This document shows positions 1 through 9,669 of a stretch of DNA of 64,000 bases, piece after piece. How positions within the stretch are numbered: the stretch's first letter is position 1; the number at the start of each line of letters is the position of its first letter. Origin of the DNA: Candidatus Hadarchaeota archaeon (lineage in GTDB: Archaea; CAYQAE01; CAYVLA01); NCBI GenBank assembly GCA_964452145.1, contig CAYVLA010000003.1, forward strand, positions 45,020 through 109,019, in the 5' to 3' direction. The notes beneath the pieces are model-generated. The model did not search any database. It had not been told where the DNA came from and was given only the letters and a program-made list of their open reading frames with translations. Position numbers and translations under genes: made by a program.

Positions 1-529
1 TCCTGGGTCGAGCCTTCCGTTTCGCTGGCTTCTTCTCCTCTGCCTCGTCCTCGGCTTCTTGCTCCTTCTCTTCTTTTGCCTCACCGGCCTCCTCGGCTAC
101 CTCGGCGGGCTCCTCAGGAACCGCCTCTTCCTTCTCCTTCCTCTCCTTCTTCGGAAGCGGCTCGCCCTTGGACAATGCCTCGAGGCTGTCGATTATCTCC
201 TTCAGCTTCGCGGCCGCCTTCCCGGTCTTAATGACCGCGACTGAGGCCGTTGAGACCTCAAGACCAGCAGAAACACCGAGTTCATCCTTGCTGGGGACGA
301 CGATGAATGGCGTCCTCTTCTCCTTACAGAGCAGGGGCAGATGAGCGATGACCTCCTCTGGCTGAACATCCTTCGCGAGGTATACCAGCTTTGCCTGGCC
401 CCGCTCAACGGTCTTGGTGACCTCGTTGGACCCTCTCTTAATCTTCCCGGTATCCCTTGCCAGTTCCAGAGCGTCGTACGCGTCCTCTGTCAGTTCCTTG
501 GGAACCTCATACTCATCGAACAACGTCAA
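1..529 (-). CDS. rpl7ae: 50S ribosomal protein L7Ae with long Glu/Lys-rich C-terminal extension (runs off window edge)
   Basis: Not in the ORF track. Manual translation from TTG at 529 (GGAGGTG RBS upstream) gives MTLFDEYEVPKELTEDAYDALELARDTGKIKRGSNEVTKTVERGQAKLVYLAKDVQPEEVIAHLPLLCKEK..., which is typical L7Ae. No stop before position 1. Confidence 0.93.
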   Translation of the reverse strand, partial: MTLFDEYEVPKELTEDAYDALELARDTGKIKRGSNEVTKTVERGQAKLVYLAKDVQPEEVIAHLPLLCKEKRTPFIVVPSKDELGVSAGLEVSTASVAVIKTGKAAAKLKEIIDSLEALSKGEPLPKKERKEKEEAVPEEPAEVAEEAGEAKEEKEQEAEDEAEEKKPAKRKARPR

Positions 530-621
530 GACGACACCTCCGCCAACCCCGATGCTCGTCGACCCTGGGATCGATGCTAGGGATTGCTAGGGGCTTTGTC
601 AACCACCGGGAAAGTCGACTC

Positions 622-1746
622 TTAAATTGTTTCATGGGCCTTCCGTGCCTGACTCCTTCGGGAGAATCTGGCAACGTTGATTCCCCGGTCCAACAACCAG
701 CCTCTCAGCCAACCCACTATGACGACGTTCGCCCTCCTGAGCGAATCCAGATCGCGTGACCCCGTCAGAAACATCACCGCCTTCGTTTGGGCTCGGAAGA
801 GCGAGACACACTTCTCCAACTCCGCCTCCCCCTTCCAAAGAGCCTTCAGCGCCGGCAATGCCGTCCCGGCGCACTTGGCGCCCAGTGATAGGGCCTTGGC
901 TAGGTCCAACCCGCTCCTAATGCCGCCGCTGGCAATCACGTTCATCCTCGGCAGAGAGGCAACCTCCACCAGACTGGCAGCGGTGGGCATCCCCCAATCA
1001 GCGAGGGAATCGGCTAAAGCCTTGCCAACCTGGTCCTTGGCTCTCTGAGCCTCAACCGCTGCGAAACTTGTGCCCCCCATGCCCCCCACATCGACCCACT
1101 CAACACCGACCTCCTTTAGAGAGATGGCAACCTCTCTAGATATGCCGGCCCCCGTCTCCTTCACCACTATGGGCCATCTCGATTGCGATCTGAATTCCTC
1201 GATTGCGGAAAGACCTCGGGAGAATGAGGTCTCCCCCTCTGGCTGCGTCGCCTCGTGGAGAGGGTTCAGATGAATCGCCACGGCGTCCACCTCGGTCCTC
1301 TCCATGGCATCGAAGACGGGGCCGAACTCCAGACCCAGAAGCTGTGGCAAGCCGATGTTGCCCACCAAGAGAACGTCGGGGGCAAGGTCCCTGACCTGGA
1401 AAGTTTCAGCGAGTCGGCCATCCTCGATCATGGCGCGCATGCTTCCCAACCCAAGGCCGATGCCCTCCTTCTGTGCAACCCTCGCCAGGGAACGGTTGAT
1501 CTCCTTTGCCCCCTCGTAGCCCCCGGTCATCGCGCTGATCATGAGGGGCAGGGAGAGCCTCCTTCCCAGTATCGAACAGGATGTGTCCACATCGCGTCTG
1601 TCCAGCTCGGGAAGGGCCTTATGGATGAAGCGGACGCAGTCGAACCCTGTACTCCCCGCTTCCACATCTTCCTCCAACGCGATCCTCACGTGGTCGGCCT
1701 TCCTTGCACTGATCATTCCAACCGACCCCTTCTCCTTGCCGCCCAA
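622..1746 (-). CDS. fni: Type 2 isopentenyl-diphosphate delta-isomerase (FMN-dependent)
   Basis: Motifs RKADH, SAMTGG, HLNPLHE..QPEG, VKETGAG, GGTSF, ASGGIRSG. Start may instead be ATG at 1716. Confidence 0.95.
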   Translation of the reverse strand: MGGKEKGSVGMISARKADHVRIALEEDVEAGSTGFDCVRFIHKALPELDRRDVDTSCSILGRRLSLPLMISAMTGGYEGAKEINRSLARVAQKEGIGLGLGSMRAMIEDGRLAETFQVRDLAPDVLLVGNIGLPQLLGLEFGPVFDAMERTEVDAVAIHLNPLHEATQPEGETSFSRGLSAIEEFRSQSRWPIVVKETGAGISREVAISLKEVGVEWVDVGGMGGTSFAAVEAQRAKDQVGKALADSLADWGMPTAASLVEVASLPRMNVIASGGIRSGLDLAKALSLGAKCAGTALPALKALWKGEAELEKCVSLFRAQTKAVMFLTGSRDLDSLRRANVVIVGWLRGWLLDRGINVARFSRRSQARKAHETI

Positions 1747-1788
1747 TATCGAAGCCCTCCGCCCTAGTTCATTGCCGCCGAGCAGAGG

Positions 1789-2172
1789 CTAGATCCTCTC
1801 CACGGTGCCCTCGTCACCATCAACCCTGAGCCTATCGCCGCTTTTAAGTTGGGAGATACCTACCCCGTCCACGCAAGGTATCCCTGCAAGTATGGCTCCG
1901 GTGGCAACTATGGTCTCCGTCTCCTTGTTCACGATGGCTGCTGGAGCAACACCGTTCTTCTTCAACCCGTAGATGACATACGATCCCACGGTGGAGCCCT
2001 TCCCACACGGGAAGATCAGGATCTTCCCTGTCACGCGCTGGCCCTCTAAGGGGTGTCCCTTTTCTATGACCACGCCGGTCTTCGCGTCGATCCCGCCGTA
2101 AAAGCCGATGGGATCCGGAGACACCAATGCCTCACCCTCCGCCGTCCCCGGACTAATCGCCCGCCCCTTCAT
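1789..2172 (-). CDS. Aconitase X swivel subunit (DUF126); phosphomevalonate dehydratase small subunit
   Basis: GGID..TG, GKGSTVGSY motif; overlaps the large-subunit stop; mevalonate gene context. Confidence 0.9.
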   Translation of the reverse strand: MKGRAISPGTAEGEALVSPDPIGFYGGIDAKTGVVIEKGHPLEGQRVTGKILIFPCGKGSTVGSYVIYGLKKNGVAPAAIVNKETETIVATGAILAGIPCVDGVGISQLKSGDRLRVDGDEGTVERI

Positions 2173-3356
2173 CGTTCAAGCCTCCTGATCAGTTCGTCCA
2201 CGTTGTGGAAGACGACGTTTTGCTGGCAGAAACCGGGCAGATATGCAGCGGCCTTGCCCGAGTTGACCGCTGTGGTCTTGAAACCCATCTTCTCTATGGG
2301 AGATACGACCATGCAGGTGTCGGCCACGATCTTGCCTCCCGCAGCCTCGATCTTCCCAGTGAAACCCATCAGATCGGCCGCCTCCTTCATCACCCTGGAT
2401 GTGCAGATCCACATGGGCCTCCTGAGCGTCTTCCCGTCGAGCTTGGCGGCAAGCTCTCCTATCTCCCTCAAGGAGGCGTGGGGGCAGCCGAGGATCGCGA
2501 TGTCCGGCAGCGTACCCGTGTTCAGCTTCTCGTAGGTAGCCTCAAGTTCTTTCTCGGTCACCTCGATGGTTTCCAGTCCTTCTGCCTGTACCAGCCTTGA
2601 TTCGGGGGTCAACCCCTCTGCATGGTAAAGTGCAACCGCCCCCGAGGCCGCCATCGCCGCACCGAGAGCCTTCAGCTGGTCGACGTTGGGATTCTCCAGG
2701 CCGACGAAGTACGGTATGCCGTTCTTCACGATCTTCCCCACATAGTGACCCAAGGCCCCGAAGTCCGAGTTGTATTTCAGCTTCGCACCTACCTTGACCA
2801 GAAAGTTGGGAGCCCGGTTCCCATCTAGATGTAGGCCGTAGTTCGGGGTCACGCCGCATATGGCGGCTGCCAGGGCGGAAGGGCCTCCTTCCCGGTTGGT
2901 CCTTGCACCGATGACGGAGTTGGCGAAGGAGACCGCGGAGGATTCGGACCAGGCAATGTGCTCGGCAAATCGTGGAAGGTTGCCCGCAAGGTAGGGAGTA
3001 CAAGTCGCAGTAACGACGATGCCCATCTTCCGGAAGGCTTCCATGATGTTGACCTGCTTGTCGGCAAAATCCTCCGGGAATCCAAGGACCCTCCAAGCTT
3101 CCATGTCCATTCCGGCCGGGTTCAGGTAGGTCAGGACCCGCACCTTGGCTCCCAGTCTGACGTAGTCCTCGAGGAACTCCAACCCCGGGTCACCTATGGA
3201 TTTGTAGGACACCCCCGCCACCTGAACGGAGCCGACGGGAATCATCCTGTCGGCACCGTAAATCTCGCCGAGCCTGACCAGAAGCCGGAAAGATCGTTCC
3301 ACCACCTCCCCCTGTTCCCCGCCAAGCATTGCTTCCTGCTCTTGGGTCAGGTACAA
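2169..3356 (-). CDS. Aconitase X catalytic subunit (DUF521); phosphomevalonate dehydratase large subunit
   Basis: GVSYK, TCTPY, WSESSA, GARTNREGG, GCPH, DTCMVV motifs. Confidence 0.92.
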   Translation of the reverse strand: MYLTQEQEAMLGGEQGEVVERSFRLLVRLGEIYGADRMIPVGSVQVAGVSYKSIGDPGLEFLEDYVRLGAKVRVLTYLNPAGMDMEAWRVLGFPEDFADKQVNIMEAFRKMGIVVTATCTPYLAGNLPRFAEHIAWSESSAVSFANSVIGARTNREGGPSALAAAICGVTPNYGLHLDGNRAPNFLVKVGAKLKYNSDFGALGHYVGKIVKNGIPYFVGLENPNVDQLKALGAAMAASGAVALYHAEGLTPESRLVQAEGLETIEVTEKELEATYEKLNTGTLPDIAILGCPHASLREIGELAAKLDGKTLRRPMWICTSRVMKEAADLMGFTGKIEAAGGKIVADTCMVVSPIEKMGFKTTAVNSGKAAAYLPGFCQQNVVFHNVDELIRRLER

Positions 3357-3359
3357 GGA

Positions 3360-4637
3360 CTAGCCTCCTAGGTACTCCTTCAGATCTATCTTCAGGGGCA
3401 GATCGGGTCTCCTGAATTCCTTCGGGTCTCGATCTCCCGGGATCGTCAGATCAAACCCCATCTTGGTCGTCATCCGTGTCTCCAGATCGGACGAGGGATC
3501 TAGGGAGGATCCTTTCTCCCGCCTCATCACAGTGTCCCGATCTCCCTGGTACCTCGTGGCCATCGCCCACTCTATCTCCTCGGGTTTGTGGATGTCGATG
3601 TCGTCGTCCAGAACGAAGACATGCTTCATGGACTTGTGGCCCTGGAACGCCGCCTCGATCGCCTTTCTCCCATCGTCGGCTGACTTCTTCCGAATGCTGA
3701 TGGCCCCATGTAGCCATGAACATCCGCCCGGCGTCACCAGGACATCTTTCACATCGCAGACCTTGGCCACCTCCCGGTATATGCTGGGCTCTCGAGGCAT
3801 GCCCATCAGAACCTTGTGCTCCAGCCCTCCGGGGAGCAGGCCGTGGAAGATCGAATCCGGTCGGGCAAAGATCCTCTTGACCCGGGCCACCCTTTGCTTC
3901 CTCACTATATCCGGTGTCTCCGTCAGATCCAGGAAGGGCCCCTCGTCGTGCATCTCTCCGGTCAGCTCCATTATCATGACGATCTCCGACTGGGGAACCA
4001 CATGCCCCCCGAGTTCGATCACCTGTGTCTCGTGAAGAGCATTGGAGATCGCCAACTCATGCACTCCCGTCGCCTCCGAGATGGCCGCTCCAATCAGGAC
4101 CGGTATCGAGTTTCCGATGCAGAAAGCGAACTCCTTCAATCCCCTCTCGATGTACTTGTCGAAATCGCGAGGCAGGATCCTGTAGACGAACCTGTCCTTT
4201 CCCAGGACCATGCCCCTGTGATAGGAAGCGTTGATGCCGTATTCGGGGTCCTTGGCTATCACAACTCCCGAGGCTACATATGGGCCGCCGTCGAACGGGT
4301 AATAGGTGAGTATGGGTATCCGGCCGAGGTCGGGCTTCATCTCCATGTAGCCCTTCGCCTGGACAACATCGGGTTCTTTGGGGTGCTCTATCGCGGCCAT
4401 CATGGTTCTCAGGACCTGATCCACCCTGACCCCAAGCCCGAGTGCCACCAGCTCCCTCGTCGAACATATGTTCGCCACGACCTGCATGCTGTGGCTTTCA
4501 ACCTTCTCAAAGAGCAGGGGAGTGCCGTCCATCATCTTCATTATCGTCGGTATCTCGTACTTGGGGCTCGCAGGCTTCCTCACCCTCACGAGCAGCCCCT
4601 TTTCGTCCAACAAGCCAACGAACTCTCTGAGGTTCAT
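3360..4637 (-). CDS. UbiD-family prFMN decarboxylase; likely trans-anhydromevalonate 5-phosphate decarboxylase
   Basis: DGGPY, EGPF, GGCSWLH, DDDIDI, EWAMATR, GSSLDPS, K.GFD motifs. ATG at 4637 follows a GGAGGA RBS. Lies between mvk and AcnX. Confidence 0.88.
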   Translation of the reverse strand: MNLREFVGLLDEKGLLVRVRKPASPKYEIPTIMKMMDGTPLLFEKVESHSMQVVANICSTRELVALGLGVRVDQVLRTMMAAIEHPKEPDVVQAKGYMEMKPDLGRIPILTYYPFDGGPYVASGVVIAKDPEYGINASYHRGMVLGKDRFVYRILPRDFDKYIERGLKEFAFCIGNSIPVLIGAAISEATGVHELAISNALHETQVIELGGHVVPQSEIVMIMELTGEMHDEGPFLDLTETPDIVRKQRVARVKRIFARPDSIFHGLLPGGLEHKVLMGMPREPSIYREVAKVCDVKDVLVTPGGCSWLHGAISIRKKSADDGRKAIEAAFQGHKSMKHVFVLDDDIDIHKPEEIEWAMATRYQGDRDTVMRREKGSSLDPSSDLETRMTTKMGFDLTIPGDRDPKEFRRPDLPLKIDLKEYLGG

Positions 4638-4729
4638 TCCATTCCTCCGTGTCCTGCCGTCAATCGGTGCCGGCTCGAAATATATTTGTATCGGCATTTG
4701 TCGTGTTCATCATCGTCAACTGACGAATC

Positions 4730-5710
4730 TCACACGCCTACCGAGGTCCTCAAAGCCTCGTAGCCGCATTCCTCCATGCCCCTGGCGACCTCCTCCTGCA
4801 GCTTCTTGCCCGGCGTCAAAGCCACCATATAACCCCCCAGGCCTCCGCCCGTCATCTTCGCACCCCAGGCTCCGTGTTTTCTTGCCAACGAGACCAGCTC
4901 ATCCAGCTTGGGATGCGACACCTCGATCTCCTGCAGTAGCCGGTGGTTCTGATCCATGAGTCTGCCGAGCGCCCTGAGGTCGCCGGCCTTCAGAGATGCC
5001 GTGGCCTTCTCCACCAGAACTCTGGATTCGTCGAATATCCTGGAATACTTGACAGGATCCCTATCCTTTCTCTCCCGGACCCCGGCCACCGCAGCCTTCG
5101 TGTCAGCCGTCACCCCGGTGTTACCCATTACTATCTCCACCGGCTTCTCCATCCGAATGCGATCAATCTTGTTGCTCCCGTCCGGGCATTTCTGAAATCG
5201 GAGGAGCCCGCCGTAGGTCGAAGCCGTATTGTCTATTCCCGAAGGGGTCCCGGCGTAGGCCTTCTCCCCCTCGAAGGCTATCTCGTTTACCCGCCCGTCA
5301 TCGAAACCGAGTCCAAACTCCTCGTTCAACGCTCTGGCGATCGAGACGCATACCGCTGCGCTGGCACCAACTCCCCCCACCGCCTTGAGGTCTCCAGCCA
5401 AGGTTATTCTGACAGGGTTTCGGACCGGGTCGAAGCCCGCTGCCCTAAGGACCCGCAGAACCGACTCCTTCTGTTGGTCGTACTTCTCGGTTTTGTAGCC
5501 CGGGTTGGCAGGTCTGTTATCTTCCAGAACCCAGCCATCCCCGGCCATCGAGCCCTCCCTTCCGGACGCAACCAGCAATCCTGGGTCGGCCACCCTCTCC
5601 ACGATTGCCTCGGTCTTGGAGTCGATCGCCGAAGCTATCGCCGGAATGCCGTAAACAACGAAGTGTTCGTTGTAGAGTATGACCTTCCCGTAGCCACTAC
5701 CGATTCCCAC
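4730..5710 (-). CDS. mvk: Mevalonate kinase (GHMP family)
   Basis: GKVILYNEHFVVYG, GVGASAA, GTPSGIDN, KMTGGGLGG. Confidence 0.93.
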   Translation of the reverse strand: MGIGSGYGKVILYNEHFVVYGIPAIASAIDSKTEAIVERVADPGLLVASGREGSMAGDGWVLEDNRPANPGYKTEKYDQQKESVLRVLRAAGFDPVRNPVRITLAGDLKAVGGVGASAAVCVSIARALNEEFGLGFDDGRVNEIAFEGEKAYAGTPSGIDNTASTYGGLLRFQKCPDGSNKIDRIRMEKPVEIVMGNTGVTADTKAAVAGVRERKDRDPVKYSRIFDESRVLVEKATASLKAGDLRALGRLMDQNHRLLQEIEVSHPKLDELVSLARKHGAWGAKMTGGGLGGYMVALTPGKKLQEEVARGMEECGYEALRTSVGV

Positions 5711-5892
5711 GCCACCATCTCCTAGGCATCTTCACCGAGTCTCTAGGCCCCTGTTTATTACTGTCGGGGTCGGCCGACCCGGAGCATTCAGTCGGGGGGT
5801 TAGGCGTGAAGCACGTCAAATTATTATGGTTGACCAACAACCACGGGCCAGCACCCACCTCGAAGCCCGACCGCGCCCTCTGGTGGTAGTAC

Positions 5893-6714
5893 ATGCCCAG
5901 ATTCGTCCTCAAGATAGGCGGCTCCTTCATCACCGAGAAATCCTCAAGTGACCTGTTCCCCGCGACCCTGGAGGGAATCAAGGCGGAGAGGGATCGCTTC
6001 GTAAGGATGGATCGACTCAGATCCATTGCGGGCGAGATCGCGCATGCGTTCAAGACCTGCCAGATCGTGTTGGTCCATGGCGCCGGCCCGTTTGGCCACG
6101 CCCTTGTGCAAAGAAGCCTTTCAGGTGCCCGCGTGGATCCTTTGGATATACACAGATCCATGCTGGTCCTGAACTCGGTCGTAAGAGATGCCCTTCGCGA
6201 GGCTGGCGTCCCCTCGACAACCTCGAGCCCTTTCGACCTTGTGACCCATGATGGCCGCTTCCATGCCGAGCGCCTCATCTCGGCGATGGCGCGGGATGCC
6301 GAAAGGGGACTCATGCCGACGTGCCACGGGGATCTGGTCCCGACAACCACCGGGGGTCTCCTGGGCCCGTACGAGGTCATCTCGGGCGATGTCCTGGCGA
6401 GCGACCTTGCGCTCGGCTGGTCAGCGGACAAGATCGTCATGGTGACCGACACGGACGGCATCCTGGATCGGGACCCAGCCCAAGGCGGCGGAAAGAGGAT
6501 ACCCAGAATCGGTGAGAAGGCGTGCGTTGAACTCCTCAGAGGGAGGGGAAGGAAAGGGGCGGATGTCACCGGCGGAATAGCCAGCAAGATCGCAGCCTGC
6601 CACCGGCCCCTATCCCATGGCATCCCTGTCCACGTGATCTCCGGCGAGAACAGAGGTGACCTGCTCGCCGCCGTGGCAGGCTTGGATGTGGGCACCATCA
6701 TCGAAGCCCGGTGA
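5893..6714 (+). CDS. ipk: Isopentenyl phosphate kinase (amino-acid kinase family)
   Basis: LKIGGSFITEK, VHGAGPFGH (catalytic His), ISGD, DVTGG; divergent from mvk. Confidence 0.9.
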   Translation: MPRFVLKIGGSFITEKSSSDLFPATLEGIKAERDRFVRMDRLRSIAGEIAHAFKTCQIVLVHGAGPFGHALVQRSLSGARVDPLDIHRSMLVLNSVVRDALREAGVPSTTSSPFDLVTHDGRFHAERLISAMARDAERGLMPTCHGDLVPTTTGGLLGPYEVISGDVLASDLALGWSADKIVMVTDTDGILDRDPAQGGGKRIPRIGEKACVELLRGRGRKGADVTGGIASKIAACHRPLSHGIPVHVISGENRGDLLAAVAGLDVGTIIEAR

Positions 6715-8318
6715 CTCTTGGCTTGACGGACAAGTACATCGAGCATCCCCTGATCAAGGAAAGGACCGTGGAGGCGAGGCTATATCAGCAACTCGTCTAC
6801 GCCAAGGCCGTCAAGGCCAACACGCTCTTCGTCGCTCCCACCGCCCTCGGCAAGACCGTCCTCTGCGTCATGGTGGCAGCACACCGGTTGCAGAGGGAGG
6901 GTGGAAGAATCATGGTTCTTGCACCCACCCGTCCACTGGTGCTGCAGCATGCCGGATCCTTCAGGAGATTCCTCGCCCTTCCGGAGGAATCAATCCTCGA
7001 TTTCAGCGGAATGGTGTGTCCGGAGGAGAGGGAAGGACGTTGGCCCCTCGCCACGATTGCCATCGCCACGCCTCAGGTTGTCGAGAACGACCTGAGCTCG
7101 GGTCGGCTGCAGATGGGTCCCTATACCTTGGTGGTGTTCGATGAAGCCCATCGATCCGTTGGCAGCTATGCCTACGTGCCCATAGCCAGGGCTTATAGGG
7201 AATCCAACCCGAAAGGCCTGATCCTCGGCTTGACCGCCTCCCCGGGCAACAGCGAGGATGTCGTTCGAGAGGTCTGCGAGAACCTGGGCGTGGTCAATAT
7301 CGAAGTCAGGGGCGATGATGACCCAGACGTGAGGCCCTACATAAACCCCGTGGAAATGGATTGGCGCATGTTGCCCATCCCGAAGGCGCTGCGGGAAGCC
7401 GCAGCTCCAATGCAGGACTACCTGGATACCCGCTTCCGGGATCTCCAGAATGCCGGGCTGATCCGCTCCCAACACCCGACGCGAAGGGACATTATCGAGG
7501 CGGGCAGGATACTGAGCATCGGCCCGGAGAGGTTCTCTGAGCGATTCGGTAAACCCCCCTATCTCTTCTACAAGTGCCTCATGGACTACGCAACCGGACT
7601 CAAGGCCGAGCACGCTTTGGAGGTCCTCGAAACTCAGGGCGTGTCTCAGACCCTGACCTATCTGGAGCGCATGTCCCAGGGGTCGGGCGTGACGGGCTCG
7701 CCTCGTTCAACCCGGGCCTTCGTCCGGGATTCGCAAGTCGGACAGTTCGTCTCCTGCCTTAGGCGGTTAGCGGATGCCGGGATCGAACACCCCAAGATTG
7801 CCCAGGTGCAGGAGATCGTCTCAGAGGAGTTGTCGCGCAATCCCCAGAGCCGGGTCATCATCTTCACGAACTTCAGGGATACGGTCGACCTCATCGTCGA
7901 GCGCCTATCCCAGCGACCTGGTATGAAGGTGACGGGCTTCGTTGGGCAGTCCTCCAGAAGGTCGAGAGGCCTCACGCAGCGGGAACAGGGAGCCATCTTA
8001 GACCTCTTCAGAAGAGGAGGGTACAACATCCTGGTTGCCACCTCCGTCGCAGAGGAGGGACTCGACATCGCCGAGGTCCAGATGGTGGTCTTCTACGATT
8101 GCACGGCAAGCGCCATTCGCAACATTCAGAGAAGAGGGCGAACCGGCAGAAGGGGAGCCGGAAAGGTCGTCGTCCTCATAGCGGAGGCGACCAGGGAGGA
8201 GGCTTACCACTGGGCCGGGCAGTCAAGGGAAAGGCGGATGCGGAGTTACCTCAGGAATCTGGATACGGATCTGAAGAAGCGACAGCTCAAACTCGACGGT
8301 TTCGTCCGGGGAGCCTAG
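6711..8318 (+). CDS. Hef/FANCM/Mph1-like SF2 helicase (helicase domain only)
   Basis: EARLYQ, PTALGKT, DEAH, TASPG, ATSVAEEGLDI, QRRGRTGR; no ERCC4 nuclease domain follows. Confidence 0.9.
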   Translation: MTLGLTDKYIEHPLIKERTVEARLYQQLVYAKAVKANTLFVAPTALGKTVLCVMVAAHRLQREGGRIMVLAPTRPLVLQHAGSFRRFLALPEESILDFSGMVCPEEREGRWPLATIAIATPQVVENDLSSGRLQMGPYTLVVFDEAHRSVGSYAYVPIARAYRESNPKGLILGLTASPGNSEDVVREVCENLGVVNIEVRGDDDPDVRPYINPVEMDWRMLPIPKALREAAAPMQDYLDTRFRDLQNAGLIRSQHPTRRDIIEAGRILSIGPERFSERFGKPPYLFYKCLMDYATGLKAEHALEVLETQGVSQTLTYLERMSQGSGVTGSPRSTRAFVRDSQVGQFVSCLRRLADAGIEHPKIAQVQEIVSEELSRNPQSRVIIFTNFRDTVDLIVERLSQRPGMKVTGFVGQSSRRSRGLTQREQGAILDLFRRGGYNILVATSVAEEGLDIAEVQMVVFYDCTASAIRNIQRRGRTGRRGAGKVVVLIAEATREEAYHWAGQSRERRMRSYLRNLDTDLKKRQLKLDGFVRGA

Positions 8319-8641
8319 GCCTTTCTTCGAAATTCCCTCTTCCGCAGGATTCGGAGGAGGACGCACTTGAGCTTGTAGTTGTCGGCGCACTCCTTGTGCT
8401 TCATCTCGAACTCGACCGCGGCGAGGATGTCTTCGGTCTTACCCTTGATACCCTTGGCGAACATGCCCATGCTGGCCCTGCTGTACAGATCGGCCGACTC
8501 GCGGTACAGCTCGGCGGCTTTCTTCAAAAGCGAGACCCTGAGCTGATGATCGCCTCTCTCCTGGTAGGCCTTGATGAGGCACATATCGGCCTGACCCTCC
8601 AACCATGACGCTTTTCTCACGCTGTCGGCTTCAAATCGCAA
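8315..8641 (-). CDS. Hypothetical helical protein
   Basis: 108-aa ORF with plausible codon style; TTTATAAT TATA-like box upstream on the minus strand (~8674-8682). Confidence 0.55.
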   Translation of the reverse strand: MRFEADSVRKASWLEGQADMCLIKAYQERGDHQLRVSLLKKAAELYRESADLYSRASMGMFAKGIKGKTEDILAAVEFEMKHKECADNYKLKCVLLRILRKREFRRKA

Positions 8642-8822
8642 CGGAGCACCGGGATGGCGTTGAGACCCCCCAGATTATAAATCTTATTCGATGTAAGGTA
8701 ATCAAAGAAAGTCTACCGAACAATTTGGCTGCACAAAAATGAACATCCAAGTGTATTCTATCAATACTTTTGGCTGGTTTCAGCACCAAAAAGCATCTGC
8801 GGCCCTGAAGGAAGGCCACCTG

Positions 8823-9665
8823 CTAGCCGGCGAGCCTCAGGGCCAGATCCAGGGACCTAACCGAGTGCGTCAAGGCACCGACGGAGATCACGTCCACGCC
8901 GAGGCCGGCGATCTGGGAAACGTTCTCCAAGGAGATGCTTCCCGAGGCCTCCAGAAGAACGGCATGCCTAAGCCCCTGCGTCTCAAGCGCCTTGATCGTC
9001 CCGCTCATCTCGCCAATGGACATGTTATCCAGCATTATGATGTCCGCACCTGCCTTGGCGCAGCTGAGGGCATCCTGGATGGTCCCGACCTCGACTTCCA
9101 CTTTTCGTGTGAAGCTGCCCTTGGCCTTGGCCCTCCGGACGCACTCCCCAGCATCCCCCACCTCTGCGACATGGTTGCTCTTTATCAGTATCAGATCGTG
9201 CAACGCCATTCTGTGGGCATCGCCTCCGCCCATCTCTACCGCTCTCTTGTCCAGCCATCTGAGCCCGGGGGCCGTTTTCCTCGTTGCAGCAATCACCACC
9301 CTGGCATTGCCCCTCCTCGCCGCCTCGACATATCGGGCGGTTTCAGTTGCTATCCCGCTCATTCTTGCCATCATGTTTAGGAGAGTCCTCTCCACCATCA
9401 GAATGCGCTGGTTCAGGCCCTTCATTCTGAGGATCGTTCCGGGGGGCATCCTGCTTCCATCCTTGACGGACTCCAACACCCGGATGCCGACGAGATCCAG
9501 CAATTCTACTGCCTCTCTGATGCCTGCAATAACACCGCCCTCCCTGGAAACGACCGCGGCCTCCACCTCCCGAGGCTCGACCAGCAGTTCCGTCGTCACG
9601 TCTCCGAAGACGAGATCCTCCTCCAAGAATGCCTTCAACCGATCCCTAATCACAAAATCCGTCAA
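8823..9665 (-). CDS. nadC: Nicotinate-nucleotide diphosphorylase (quinolinate phosphoribosyltransferase)
   Basis: EED..GDVTT, RMSGIAT, TRKTAPG, EVEV, IMLDN, EASG, SVGALTHS. Confidence 0.96.
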   Translation of the reverse strand: MTDFVIRDRLKAFLEEDLVFGDVTTELLVEPREVEAAVVSREGGVIAGIREAVELLDLVGIRVLESVKDGSRMPPGTILRMKGLNQRILMVERTLLNMMARMSGIATETARYVEAARRGNARVVIAATRKTAPGLRWLDKRAVEMGGGDAHRMALHDLILIKSNHVAEVGDAGECVRRAKAKGSFTRKVEVEVGTIQDALSCAKAGADIIMLDNMSIGEMSGTIKALETQGLRHAVLLEASGSISLENVSQIAGLGVDVISVGALTHSVRSLDLALRLAG

Positions 9666-9669
9666 CCGA

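Noticed and set aside
530..600. K-turn in the rpl7ae 5' UTR (autoregulation known in some archaea)
   Set aside because: Could not build tandem G-A/A-G pairs flanked by proper helices by eye
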